Shown here: piece after piece, positions 51,991 through 64,000 of the stretch
How the letters are laid out: each line of letters opens with the position of its first letter
How positions within the stretch are numbered: position 1 is the first letter of the stretch
NCBI GenBank assembly: GCA_030324005.1
Contig: JARDVH010000059.1
Coordinates: 72,852,689-72,916,688 of the forward strand
Reading direction: 5' to 3'
DNA length: 64,000 nt
Origin: Negaprion brevirostris
Lineage: Eukaryota
Position numbers and translations under genes: made by a program
The notes under the pieces: model-generated
The model's database searches: none
What the model was told of the DNA's origin: nothing
The model's input: only the letters and a program-made list of their open reading frames with translations

Positions 51991-52347
51991 CGGCACGATG
52001 GCACAGTGGTTAGCACTGCTACCTCATAGCTTTGGGGACCTGGGTTCGATTCCAGCCTCGGGTGGCTGTCTGTGTGGAGTTTACGTGTTCTCCCTATGTC
52101 TGCATGGGTTTCCTCTGGGTGCTCCAGTTTCACCCCACAGTTCAAAGATGTGTAGGATTAGCCATATTAAATTGCCCTTAAGTATCCAAGGGTGTGTAGG
52201 TTAGGGGGATTAGTGAGGTAAATGCATGGGGTTATGGGGATAGCACCTGAAGTGGGCCTGAGTAAGATGCTCTTTCGGAGAGTTGGTGCAGATTCGACGG
52301 GTCGTTTAACCTCTTTCTGCACTGTAGGGATTTTATGATTCTATGAT
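51991..52347 (+). mobile_element. HE1-type SINE, full length
   Basis: A box tggcacagtggttagc, B box ggttcgattcc, V-type body, tail ctgcactgtagggattttatgattctatga. Confidence 0.92.
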
Positions 52348-55300
52348 CAAGAGGGTGAGATTTAAGACCATAGTGATCTCCTTTGCTACTTGGAGCTGGG
52401 TTAAGACATGTAGGCCTGAGTTGTCTGACCTCGCCCACGGTTGAGATTCTCTGGTTCCGCTGCTATGAATAGAGATTTGGCTGAGCGCCATAATTTTCCG
52501 TTTTCTCTGGCAGCGGTAGCATTCAGAGAATTCTGATTATGATGTTAATGTCTTCAGTAGTATTTCCCCCACTGCTGCAAGTGTTGTGAGCTTTTCCCCC
52601 AGATATGTAATACTACTGAATATACATTTTTTTCAATGCTCAGGAGGACTGTGGGCGTGATTCTCCAGCCCTGCATGCTTATGCACACATAGTGCTGGGG
52701 CCACGCAGAGCCAGAGAATCACCTGGGAGGGGCCATAGTGCATCTAGTGCAAGGCAGAACTCTGTGGGATTTCCCCATAAGACCAGAAATTCCCACCTGG
52801 GGTCAGCGGATCTTTAAATGGTCATCAATTTTTCTGTCCCACCCGCTACAATTCCATGGAGAATGGAATGCAAAATTTTGGGCCAGGCATTTTTTGGCAG
52901 AATTCCGCTCTATGTGACCTAAGGCTGGTCAGCTCATGAATCTGCTTGTAATTGTTGAACTGGATGACTGTAGTTTCAGTGTTCTATTGCACTTAATCAG
53001 CCGGTCCTCAGAAGGTCATTGCAATGCTTCCAAACCTATACCCATCTCCTCCTTACAATGTTGTGACCATTCACTTCCAGAACCACCTCCAGCTATAATC
53101 TGTTTCTCTGTCTGGCTGCATTTCTCCAGACACTTTTCAAAATCTGAATGCTCTGCCAATGATGCCATTGCTTCTAAAAGATCCTCAAATCAAGCATCAG
53201 AGACTGAGTGCCTTAGCTGGTGCTGAGCCACTGACCTCCTCTTTTGTCCATTGTGAATGAAATTGACAACCACAATAATGACTGCCAGTTCCCCTTGAGC
53301 CAATATGTTCCTCGCCTACCTACTCTGTGCCTGCTGCACCCCTAATTGGATGCCAAGTATATCATCTGTCATTAATAACCTGTGGTGCCGGAACCCAGAA
53401 GGGCTCCTGATATCAGAGTCCTGACCCAAAAACCAAGCCCTATGATTCTGTCAGGGCCACTGCTTCAGCGAATTCTCACTTCGTTTTTCAACAGCTTCAT
53501 CTGTGGGGTTAAGATTACCCCTACCCCATTAATGTGGTGAGGGTATGTTTGGAAAACATGTTCTGGAGGATATTCCCATTAAAAGTCCTTCCTTGTACCT
53601 TTCCTCTGATGTTGTTTGTACTAGCCTGTTCGGGTTGCCTCAATATAAAAGATAAAAAGGATGCTGTTTTGTGAGAAGGCCAGTTTGCAATCAGGAAACA
53701 TTGATTATAGCTTCACGATACTATTCATTGCCTTTGAGTGCCCCTTTTATTGTGGAGAATGCAGGCTGCAACTTTCACCCTTGACTAGTGCAATTTGCAT
53801 ACGGATTCCTGCCAACAAGAATCTCCAGGCAAATTCTGAAATGGTCGTGTCTGATGAGCCCTTCAAGTAAGTGGCATTGAAGTCTTCAGGAAAACAAAAA
53901 TAAGAAATAAAATTTGCAAGATACAAATTGTAATCTTTCAGGGAGAAACTTTGTCAGTATAGCACAGAAATGATTCTCATATTGTCTTGATTTTTCCATA
54001 AAGAAGTTCCATGCCATTGTAGGTATGATAAAGCCAATACTATCAAATCAGAAATTAATATCTTGAGTTAAAAATAAAATTTTCACTCTACAATATCCAT
54101 GGGATGGAATGGAACCAAATCAGAGTATGGATATTAAAAAGGCCTTAAGATCTCACTCATAACTCAAGTGGTTGAAAAGAATGATTAACTTCAACATCCT
54201 TTGGTGTCTTTTTTTTCCATTTCAATTGATGCTTCTTTGAATATTTTGTATAAATCAGGAATATACTGCTCAAATTCCAATTCTGACCAATGGAGTTCAG
54301 TTCAAACCAATTGATCTTCTTAAACTGGCATACACTGATTTTAACAGATGGCAATTGGAATTTAGAATCTGGATTTAAGGAGTTACCAAATCTGGCAGTT
54401 TGACAGACCTGAATAAATATCATCTCAAAAGATACCACAATTGCCACAGAATATTTTTACGATTGTATCAGTTTAAATATTAGTTAAATCCTATCCCACG
54501 CTCGTACTCATTAACCTGTCCAAACTAGTCCACCAATCATGCATTATGAATTCAGCATTCAAACATATGTTGCAGCATGAAAACAAAAGAGCAAATGTCA
54601 AAGCTAATTTAACTTCTTTCCAACATTTTCCGACTTAAACATGACACTCCTTGATTGAGTGGTTAACCACAGTGGGCTCTGACCCAAAATTTTCCAGCAT
54701 GTTCTCAACTTCAGTCAAATTCTTTCCTGATAGAAAGCACAGCTCATCAGACAAGTAATTAAGTGTCCTGTGTGTTCTTTACAGGTTTGCAAACAGAGTT
54801 ATCTTAACCAGGGAATGGTGTGTTTAAGCAGGTGACCGAGGAGTAATAGAAAACAAATAAAGTATTACAAATTATAAATTGATTAATTATCAGCTCTGTA
54901 AGTTGAATTGAGGGAGGGAAGGCTGAAGCAAGGAAGGCCCAAAGGCCCAAATTTTCATGGTGGGACCTAAAAATATGTCTCTGCTCCTCTGGCCCACAAG
55001 GAAACCTAAAATAAATGATAGGTTATTACTCTGTTTGTCTATCTTCCTTGGGCATAATTCTGCATTAGATGCCACAGCTGTTATTCACATCACTGTCTGA
55101 ATTCTATCATCTGATCCCACCTCCCCCTCCTCCCCACCACATCTGAATATTGAAAAGACCACTGTCTGCCCCAGCATTGCCAAAACCAGGAATTGAAATG
55201 GGAACAAATGTGAATGCATTGAATATGCAGAAGGAAAGGCTCAATTTTAACGTCCACTTACCCATTTCTAACAGCTGGACAGGTTTAAAATAGGCCCCGT

Positions 55301-55639
55301 ATCGTTCTCATGGCAGAATTACAGATTCTTTTCTTCTTAGCATTCACCAAAGAAATATCAATCAAATTAATTAAAAGTCTTGTAAGTCAGTGAGTGGGAG
55401 AGAAGTGGAGGGAGGGAAGTCTGTAGCAAGCTAGGCACTGGAAATTCATTCCTCTTCCCTCTGGCTTACATGGAACATACATTTATTTTAATATAAATCC
55501 CAACTTTCTTTGACAACCCATCAATAGCACATTCAGCACTGAACAAAATGGTCTAACCTACTGAGAAAAAGGAAACTGTAAGCAACGAGAAAGATTTAAG
55601 GGAATGTGTACAAAAATCACAAAAAGATAGTGAGATGTG

Positions 55640-57850
55640 TGAAGGCCATGTAGTGTGATCTGTGCTATTCATGGTACTTTTCCTGTAACTGTTGAAAGGA
55701 TAAAGTCACCTCAACTGTTAATCTACCAGCTCTGAAGCCGCAATGGTACACGTGTGATGCCAGGGTTTGCAATCTGGTCAGAGCAACACAAGTAAAGACC
55801 TTCTCCACAATAATTCACAAGGAGATGCTCAGTAATTGTTGCAGTCATTGCAATTCCATTTGTTTTGTTACATGGTGACTCTATTTGTATCATGAATGTT
55901 TTGAGTCACAAGTCTTTCTTACCAGCAGAGACACAGATGACCATGGAGATGCTGCAGCAGTGCCGGTTTTCCATTTCTAATAATTTCAGATGAAACGCCT
56001 TCATTCCCTGGGACTTTACCACTGGCAAGATAGTCATTGGCCTTTCTAAGCTCTTTGATGGTGAACTCACTGTCCAGCTCCTCCATGGCAGGAAGGTCTG
56101 AGGTGGCAATGTGGTGAATTCTCCAGCCTCCCACCCATGTGTTTCTCGGCGACAGGAGGTGGCACGTTGTTCACTGGCAGCGGGATACTCTGGCCCCACT
56201 GCTGTCAATGGGAGCTCCCATTGATGTCACCTCACACCACCTGGAAGGAGTGTGATGCCAGTGGGAATGGAAAATCCCATCAGCGTGAGTGGCCGGAGAA
56301 TTCCCCCAGTGTATTTTGTTACATAACATTTGAGGTAATGCTCTACACACCTTCCCACCTGCTTACTAGATTTAGTGATGATCATTCCTGTCTTTGTCTT
56401 CAACAGGACCAATCTGGTTGCTGTTGCCTTCTTGATCCCTTTATACATCTCTAGGTTCAGCAGCAGATTGAATGTTGTTGCAAATTTTAAGCCAATATTG
56501 ATTTGCGCAGTCTGCTGAGACTCAATTCCAGAAGCTCTGAAAGCATCATGAACTGTTTGCATTATTTACTGGGGACTTTTGTTCATGAGAGCCCTCCTTA
56601 TGTTTGCAGCAATTGGCTCCATTTCAGTCCAGTAAGTCTCAAGCCAGTTAGCATTTCTCTGACCTTGTTTCCTGTACACAGTAAGTGCAAGGTTATGGAA
56701 ATTGCACACATGGTCCCACTTTGAGACCACACTCTGGCCTTGGGCATTGTTGTTCCAAAAAGCCTGATTGAGGAAGTTGAGGAAGTCACAGGTCCTTTCT
56801 GGGTCACTGGTGTGGCAAGTGTTGATCCGGAGAGGACCTTTTTTCTTGGAATGGTATAGTTTCCTTGGTTGAAGCCCGACCTTGCTACACCCCAGGGAGT
56901 GATCAGTGTCACAGACAGCACTGCAGTAGCTATTGGGGCTTAGATACACACGAGATTAACTGGGCCCATGCTTCTTAACAAGTGAAAAATAAGGAGTTTC
57001 TCAGAGCCTTCTGTCGTGGGTTCATCATCATGAGAAGAATGTCTTTTTACAGCAAAACCCACTCCACGCTTACATGTTGCCATTTGGGCTTCCCCTTGAC
57101 AGAGGAAAATGTAATCTTTCTTTTTAAGGGATTTGCTTTGAGTGAGTCCAGTTACTTGCAGCACAGAAATGTCTACATTGAGCTTTGTAAATTCTTTGTC
57201 AATCAACATGCAAAGAGGATCATTAAGGCCAGAGTACACAGCCCTAATGTTCCAACTTGCAATGTGCAAGACTGGTGTCTTCTTTATTGAGTTTGTCTTG
57301 CCTGGTGGGTGGATTAGAGACCAGTTAATTGAAAGAGGACTCACTAAGTTCCATGCACACATTGAAGCAAGCTGGTTGTTGTGGGACACCATCAAATTGA
57401 CAGAGGGTTACCCAATTTGAGGTAGGCAATAGCTATCTATTGTTGGAAGTAATCCCTGGCTCATGTGCTCTATGCCAACAGATTGAGAGATTATAAATGG
57501 TAACTGTTGCTTCCTTTGTTGTGCCAAAATAAACCTTGAAGCTGGAATACAGGCCTGGCCAAACAGTATGGAGATCCAGAATTTTCCAAGCATCAGGACC
57601 CCCTTCTTGGCATTGCTGGTATTGTCCATAGGAAAGGATGAAACCAATGCTGTTTGGTACTTGTCCTGCTGCAGGACTTGCTGGAAAGCTGCCCAATCAA
57701 CAGATTACTGCCTACAGAACGCCACTCCAGATTTCCTGTCAGACTTTACTCCCTTAGTTTTCTTCTCTCCAAAGGCACCCACAAGGCAATGGGATTATAT
57801 ACCCATAGCTGGGGGTCTAATCTGTGGCTTCAGAGCATAGCCACACATCG
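55640..57850 (-). mobile_element. RTE-clade LINE: 5' region, APE and start of RT, decayed
   Basis: IASWNIR..IDKEFTKLNVDISVLQ..DYIF..GVGFAVK; CDTDHSL; ELDSEFTIKEL..LASGKVPGNEG; reverse-strand DCNNY.ASP and HCGFRAGR near 55720-55850. Confidence 0.85.
56112..56307. mobile_element. Harbinger-type MITE inserted in the RTE
   Basis: TIRs ggtgaattctccagcc / ggccggagaattcccc (14 of 16 match); central perfect 20-bp palindrome tcaatgggagctcccattga at 56205-56224. Confidence 0.75.
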
Positions 57851-58299
57851 GNNNNNNNNNNNNNNNNNNNNNNNNNNNNNNNNNNNNNNNNNNNNNNNNN
57901 NNNNNNNNNNNNNNNNNNNNNNNNNNNNNNNNNNNNNNNNNNNNNNNNNNNNNNNNNNNNNNNNNNNNNNNNNNNNNNNNNNNNNNNNNNNNNNNNNNNN
58001 NNNNNNNNNNNNNNNNNNNNNNNNNNNNNNNNNNNNNNNNNNNNNNNNNNNNNNNNNNNNNNNNNNNNNNNNNNNNNNNNNNNNNNNNNNNNNNNNNNNN
58101 NNNNNNNNNNNNNNNNNNNNNNNNNNNNNNNNNNNNNNNNNNNNNNNNNNNNNNNNNNNNNNNNNNNNNNNNNNNNNNNNNNNNNNNNNNNNNNNNNNNN
58201 NNNNNNNNNNNNNNNNNNNNNNNNNNNNNNNNNNNNNNNNNNNNNNNNNNNNNNNNNNNNNNTGGTCTTGAATTCTCTTGAATATGGAAGATTAAGGGT

Positions 58300-58655
58300 G
58301 ATTGCATTAATTGTTTAAGATGATTAACCAGTATAATAGGATAGAGAGAGAAATGACTGCCTCTGGTGAGGAAATCCAGAACAAAAGTGTCATGATCTTA
58401 AAATTAGAGTTAGCCAGTTCACTGATGTGACGGAGCACTTCTTCACACAAGCACTGGTAGAAATATGAAACTCCCTTCCCCCAGAAAACCATTGCAGTTT
58501 GGCATTGAAAATCTTCAAGCTGAAATGGATAGATTTTTGTGAGGTCAGAATAGCAAGATCAAAGTGGGTTGTTGGAATTATGAATACCAATTGGTTGCAA
58601 TCTCATTGAACAGCAGAACAGGCCCGACTGAAGGGCCTACTCATTTCCCTGTAGA
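58300..58655 (+). mobile_element. CR1 3' end fragment
   Basis: catgatcttaaaattagag..cacttcttcacacaa..aaatcttcaagctgaaatggatagattttt..gaagggcctactc. Confidence 0.75.
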
Positions 58656-59504
58656 ATCACAGAGCCATTCTTTCTGGAGCATGCATTTGGTGACGTGAAG
58701 TATGAGATTGATCCGTATATCAAGCACAGTTTCTGCAATTAAGTTCAGGGAAAAAGGCCAAAGAGAATTCTTACTTATTCATTTCTTGACTTCACAGCAG
58801 ACACCACTCTCAAATTTGTTAGACACCTGTCTTTATTAAGATTGTCTCCAGCTGCAGCGTGTTGTCATGCCATCTAATATTAAGAAAAGCACTAAAAGGT
58901 TTCTCCTCCAGGTTGTGTTAACAGCCCTGAGGCAATGATAAAGTAACGGGGAAGAGAGGCGCTGGCTGCTGTAGCAGCTTCAACAGGCAAGTGCAATTAA
59001 CATAATGATACATCATTTTACATGTAAAGGAAGCCCGAGTTTAGGCATCAGTGTCAACAAAATGATTAAAGTCACAATTTCTTTCTGGTGGTGCTGAGAC
59101 TAGCTGCCAAAGCTGCTGAATTGGAGGGAGAGTGGGTATAAATAGTCATAGCCCCCAAACCTTCATTAAAACAAGAAGTGATATTATCAAGGCACCTTGA
59201 CACTATTTAGAACAAAATCAGTTATCAGAAAAAAATCAAGAAAAAATATTGTTGGAGGAGATTTGACGGGGTACGTCTCTGACATGGTATGAACTGTGAC
59301 TATCAGAGATTGAAGGACCAAGTAAATATTTACTCTGGTACTATTCTGTATCCTGTTTAAGATTCATTTTTCATGTGCATGGCAATTGTCATTTTTTCTG
59401 ATGCTTCATCACTATGTTTATCCTTCATATAAATACCAATGAATGAAATTAAGTGGCTATACCATGACTGAATTTATTCTTTGCTTTAGCTTCCACTCTA
59501 GTCA

Positions 59505-59907
59505 TGTCATGGTGGATGTTGTGTAATGTCGATAAGTGTGAGGTTATCCACTTCGGTGGCAAAAATAGGAAGACAGATTATTATTTGAATGAGTGTAAAT
59601 TGAGAGGTGGATACTTAACAAGACCTTGGTGTCCTCGTGCATCAGTCACTGAGAGTAAGTAAGCAGGTACAACTTGCAGCAAAGAAGGCAAATGATTGGC
59701 CTCTGTAGCAAGAGGATTGAGTATAGGAATGGGGATATTATGCTGCAATTGTATAAGGCATTGGTGAGGCCACACCTGGAGTATTGGGGGCAGTTTTGGT
59801 GTGCTTATCACACCAAAGATGCCCTTTCTATAGAGGGAGTGCTGCAAAGGTTTGCCATGCCGATTCCTGGGATGATAAGGCTATCATATGAGAAGAGAGT
59901 AAGTTAG
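59505..59907 (+). mobile_element. CR1 ORF2 C-terminal fragment
   Basis: NVDKCEVIHFG, LYKALVRPHLEYWGQFW, LSYEKR. Confidence 0.9.
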
Positions 59908-60539
59908 GCAGTACTGTATTCATTGTGTTGCCTACCTAGTGCCAGTGCTCAAGCCATCTGCTCTGAACTGGAGAGGGACTTGAAGTGGGAAGAAGAAGAT
60001 CCAATTGTTTGTCGTCCACATGGGCACCAGCAACATAGGTAGTGCTAGGCAAGAAGTTCTGCTTTGGTAATGCAGTCACAGGATGAACTCCATCGGCTCC
60101 TTGCTTGGCAACGCCACAAATCCAGGCAAATAAGCAGTCTGCCTCCACCTCCTCCAAATGCAATAAGGGTAGTATTACATAGGATTGCCCAAGAATGGAG
60201 GGCTCTGCATGGCTACTTTACTAATAGATCTCCATGGTGTTTAGGTAAGTTGCGTACAATAAGATAACAAAGGTGTAAAGTTAAATAGAAATCTTTATCT
60301 GGGCAAAATGTTAACTATTTACAATATATTTACAGAATATTGGATTTTCCATGTAGGCAAAAGTCATTTAATGTCTCACCTAGCATCCAGTTGACTTTCA
60401 TGAATTTTCATGTGTATTGCTCACAGGATGATTCCAGTGCCCTTTCCTCGATATCACAAACCTATTCCCTGCTTTCCAGATCAGCCTTTGCAGTCATGGA
60501 AGATTCTCATCATGTGAAGCACCATGGTATCTGAAAATC

Positions 60540-61560
60540 CCTGGCCATGATGATGTCTTGCATGGTCTCCTCATAGTATCAAGGGTGATATCACCTCCCT
60601 CACCTTGGGATCCTTCATCTTGACCTTCATCCTCACTCTCCTCTCCCATGTGGCATTCTTTCTCCTTCCCCTCCTCCCGCTGGTCCTCATCTGAGAAGAG
60701 GCTCCCTTCCTCAACCTCCTCCAGGTCCTGTAGCAAACTTCTTCTCTAGAACAAGTTGTGGAGTATGTAGCATTGCTAAATGCTTCTGGACACAGAGTAG
60801 TGCTTCTTGAACAGTCAAGGTACCTGAACATTATCTTTAGTAGGCACACATCATGTTCAATTAGTGTCCTCGTGTAAAGGTGGCTCTTGTCTTCTCTGCA
60901 GTTGGGTTAATGGTTGGCAGAGGAATGTGAGAAATCAAGGGGATAATCCTTATCCATGCACCTGAGCGGTCAGTCAGAATATCTGTGTAGGCCCAGTTTG
61001 CTTTAGGATGAATGAATTGTGTCAACTGCCAAAGTAATAGGTGCATTAATGCAGATATTTCTTGCAGTGGTAACAGAGGTGTTAGACATTTAAAAAGTGG
61101 TGCCCCTTTCAGTTAATGTATTTCTCCGAATTTTGCCTGGCTGCTCTTATTGCCACTTAATGCAGGGAAGCCTCCCAACGAGACAAATTCTGCCACCCTC
61201 TTTGTCTGCGATAGAGTGTTTGTCTTGAACAAGATAAACTGTCCCACCTTGACAAATCGGGCACAGACGACTTGATGGATTTGTCATGTGCTGCTGACTG
61301 GGAAATTCCACAGAGGTTGGCTGTGGAGACATGGAAAGACGCACTAGCAAGAAAATACAGGGTCACTTTCAAGGCTACTGGGAGGGTTTGCCTTTGACAT
61401 CCTTTGCCTGCAGGTCTTGTTGCAGGTTTAAGCACAGCCATTACCTCTTGGGACAAGCACAGCCTCTTTTGACATTGTTCTTCCTTATGTTCAGTTAAAA
61501 TACCCTGTTCCGTACACCCTTTCGGTTGGGTACCTCCTCACCATCTATATCTTCTTCTTG
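60540..61560 (-). pseudogene. Decayed PIF/Harbinger transposase within an element of about 59930-62155
   Basis: LPVALKVTLYFLASASF..ANLCGISQSAAH, LKIMFRYLD, acidic tail; TIR-like gtgaaaatccatccc followed by ta near 62140-62155. Confidence 0.8.
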
Positions 61561-63564
61561 TGGGAACTTGATGTCTTTGTTCTTTTCACCCTTGGATCCA
61601 TACATGTATAGATGAACGAGACATTTCAGGCTGTTGCTACAGCAGTATCCATGCCGGTATGCACTGAAGGTGGCCTGGTGCAGCACCCATGACAGAATAA
61701 AGATTTGTAAAGGGGCTGTCTGACTACTGAAGACTCTGAGGCTACAATAGAGATCTGGCAGTGCTGGTTCAGGCCTGCAGGGATTCCCCTCCCTGGCAGA
61801 GAATCTCTTGGCTTGCAGTCAGGCCACCCAGTTCTCAAAGCTGAGGAAAATCTCCAGAAGAAAGCTGCTCCTCTCCAATCCTGGAGGAACTGGGCTAACC
61901 TCGAATGAGTAGAAATGTTTTTGAAAGGTTTCATGAAGTGTGCAGAAGCGGAGAAAAATGCCAAGTGTCAGGACAAACAATTTTCCTCCACTTCTTATCA
62001 TCCCAACATCATCAGAAGTGCACACAAGGCCTTCCCGACCTATCAAAGACCACAAAAAAATTGGCATGGGAGTAGGAAAGCACAGGAATTTTTTTCTTGA
62101 GAAACAAAATATTATGAGCCGATTCCAACCTCTGAGGAAGTGAAAATCCATCCCTATGTTTGCTCACCTCCTGGTGTGCCAAAAACATCAGAATTTTTCA
62201 TTGTTTTTAATTAAATCCTTTTGACTCTTCCATTAGATTCCAATAAATGTATTCCTTCAGATAATTCCAAACTCAAAATACCTGTTTTGAGGATTAGAAA
62301 TGGACTCTGCATCAGTCAAGCATCTTCAAAATGAAATATGTTTCTACTGAGCTGTGCAGTTTCAATTCATTTCCAAGCCTCAACAAGCTGACAGGAGATT
62401 CAATACAGCCTGACCCATTACTGATAGAAATTCCTCCATTAGAATCTCTGCATCACTTCCCATTAGCATACATTGCATCGAATCCTTTAAACCTGCCTAC
62501 AGGTGGTTTACCTTCAATTATGTAAGTGTTTTTAAAAGAATTGCTGAGAGAATTATTAACATAAAACAATTCTTCCATCCAGGTAATAATGTTAAACTTG
62601 TCATCTGTGTTGGAGCTTTTTGAAGTTTGAAACCTACCATTTTTTATTACGTTCCACAGCGAACCACTCAGCTGGCGTCGGCTACAAGGTAATCACACAG
62701 ATTGCCATCCTTTCATGTCCCATGTCAGTCAGCAAACATCCAAATGTACAAACCAGAGGAGGACACAGGAATACAGTTTCTTCAGCCGCTGCTGAGGTTT
62801 TACAGCTTGGACACTTATGACTCAACATTCAGCAAAGGAAAGAAAGGCCAGTTAGTAGGATTTTCGATGAGATTACTTGCTGTTTGGGTTTGACACTGAT
62901 GCTGGCTGATTAATACCCTGCTTGAGTGTGGAAACTTTAAACAAGTAATATTCCAGGTGTCAAGAATTCTTTCTGCTAGCAGAACAACACCTGGAAACCA
63001 TTGTGCCACATGGGCCAATATGCTTCTTCCATGGTGACATATTTCCTACACCTGTTTCTGAGATCAAAAGTTGGATAGTTAAGGTATTCAAAAAGCAGGA
63101 ATTAAGGTCATCAACCATGTATTTTGATCTGGCTTACAAGGCTGCTTTGCAGTTTTTCCACATTTAAGGGAGTTTCAGGCCTGTTGCCTACAAGTCAATG
63201 AATAGTGCTGGTACTCTGGCAAAAGCCAGAGCCTTTATCAAACCCAACAACAGCAGGACACTGATGTTTGATCTCTGGACTGCCATCACCCGCTCAGGTC
63301 AGGGGCAGCGTAAATGTGTAACTTATCAAAAACTGGCTGCAACCCATTTCAGTCCAGGGAATCCTGAGACAATTTGATTGTCATTTGGTGCTGGTTAGTC
63401 TGATACTAGGTGACGTATAACAAACATTCAAAGTAGCCCAGATCCCTCAGGGAATATCGCAAATAAAACAAAACATTAGAACCAAAGAACTTTCATTCAG
63501 TCTGAAACTGGATAAATATCAATATTCTCCACAGCTCTATGCTTTAACCAGTTTCTGGCTTCAT

Positions 63565-63927
63565 TTTTTTTATTCATTCGTGGGACATGAGCGTTGCTCA
63601 TTGGCCAGCATTTATTGCCCATCCCTAGTTGCCCTTGGAAGGCAGTTGAGATTCAACAATATTGCTGTGGCTCAGAAATCACATGTAAGCCAGGCCAGGT
63701 AAGGATGGCAGATTTCTTTCCCTTTAGGACACTAGTAAACCAGATGTGTTTTTCTGACAATTAACAATGGTTTCATGGTTATCAGTAGATTCTTAATTCC
63801 AGATACTTGTTATTCAATGCGAATTCCACCATCTGCAGTAGCAGGAATTGAACCTGTGTCCCCACAACATTAGCTGAGTTTCTGGATTAATAGTCCAGCA
63901 ATAATACCATTAAGCCATCACCTCCCC
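63565..63927 (-). mobile_element. Family-B bipartite SINE, full length
   Basis: Minus strand: A box tggcttaatgg, B box ggttcaattcc, body shared with 2340-2565, tail gggcaataaatgctggcc..cccacgaatgaataaaaaaaa. Confidence 0.88.
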
Positions 63928-64000
63928 TTGGAAAAGATATTTCAGCATTCGGGATTAGTTCAAATATGATTGCACATGGAGGGCTTGATTTTCCTTTGCA

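Noticed and set aside
51991-52065. tRNA gene candidates from A and B boxes (also in other SINE heads)
   Set aside because: They continue into SINE bodies and LINE-type tails, so they are tRNA-derived SINE heads.
53845-53895. CTGATGAG hammerhead-like start next to a GTAAGT donor
   Set aside because: No properly closed stem II-GAAA-stem III; the upstream peptide is not recognisable.
17280-59907. Apparent plus-strand bias of CR1 copies as a sign of a host gene's orientation
   Set aside because: Few copies, several clustered, and SINEs trend the other way.

Overview
Eukaryotic, repeat-rich non-coding DNA with many assembly gaps. It is almost certainly from a shark: it carries HE1-type V-SINEs, SacSINE1/DeuSINE, CR1/HER1-like LINEs and Neptune-type Penelope elements. 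I recognise no host protein-coding gene. The ORF-track hits that can be identified are decayed transposon fragments (CR1, a second CR1/L2-group LINE, L2, Rex-Babar, RTE, Penelope GIY-YIG, Gypsy, Gmr1-like SCAN gag, Copia RNase H, two PIF/Harbinger transposases); the rest are N-run artefacts or unrecognisable short ORFs. TE-poor stretches (about 22.5-28.6, 32-37.7 and 40.6-45 kb) look like regulatory or conserved non-coding DNA. Main observations: (1) a 235-bp fold-back element with a perfect 13-bp target-site duplication and a minimal hammerhead ribozyme on each strand (30931-31165); (2) an apparently ORF1-less LINE with a tRNA-like head, whose two ends also circulate as a bipartite SINE; (3) an HE1-headed SINE whose CR1 tail appears replaced by a Rex-Babar-like tail; (4) a Copia-type LTR remnant, unusual for a vertebrate. 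Family names come from recognised motifs and recalled consensus sequences, not database searches, and most boundaries are approximate.
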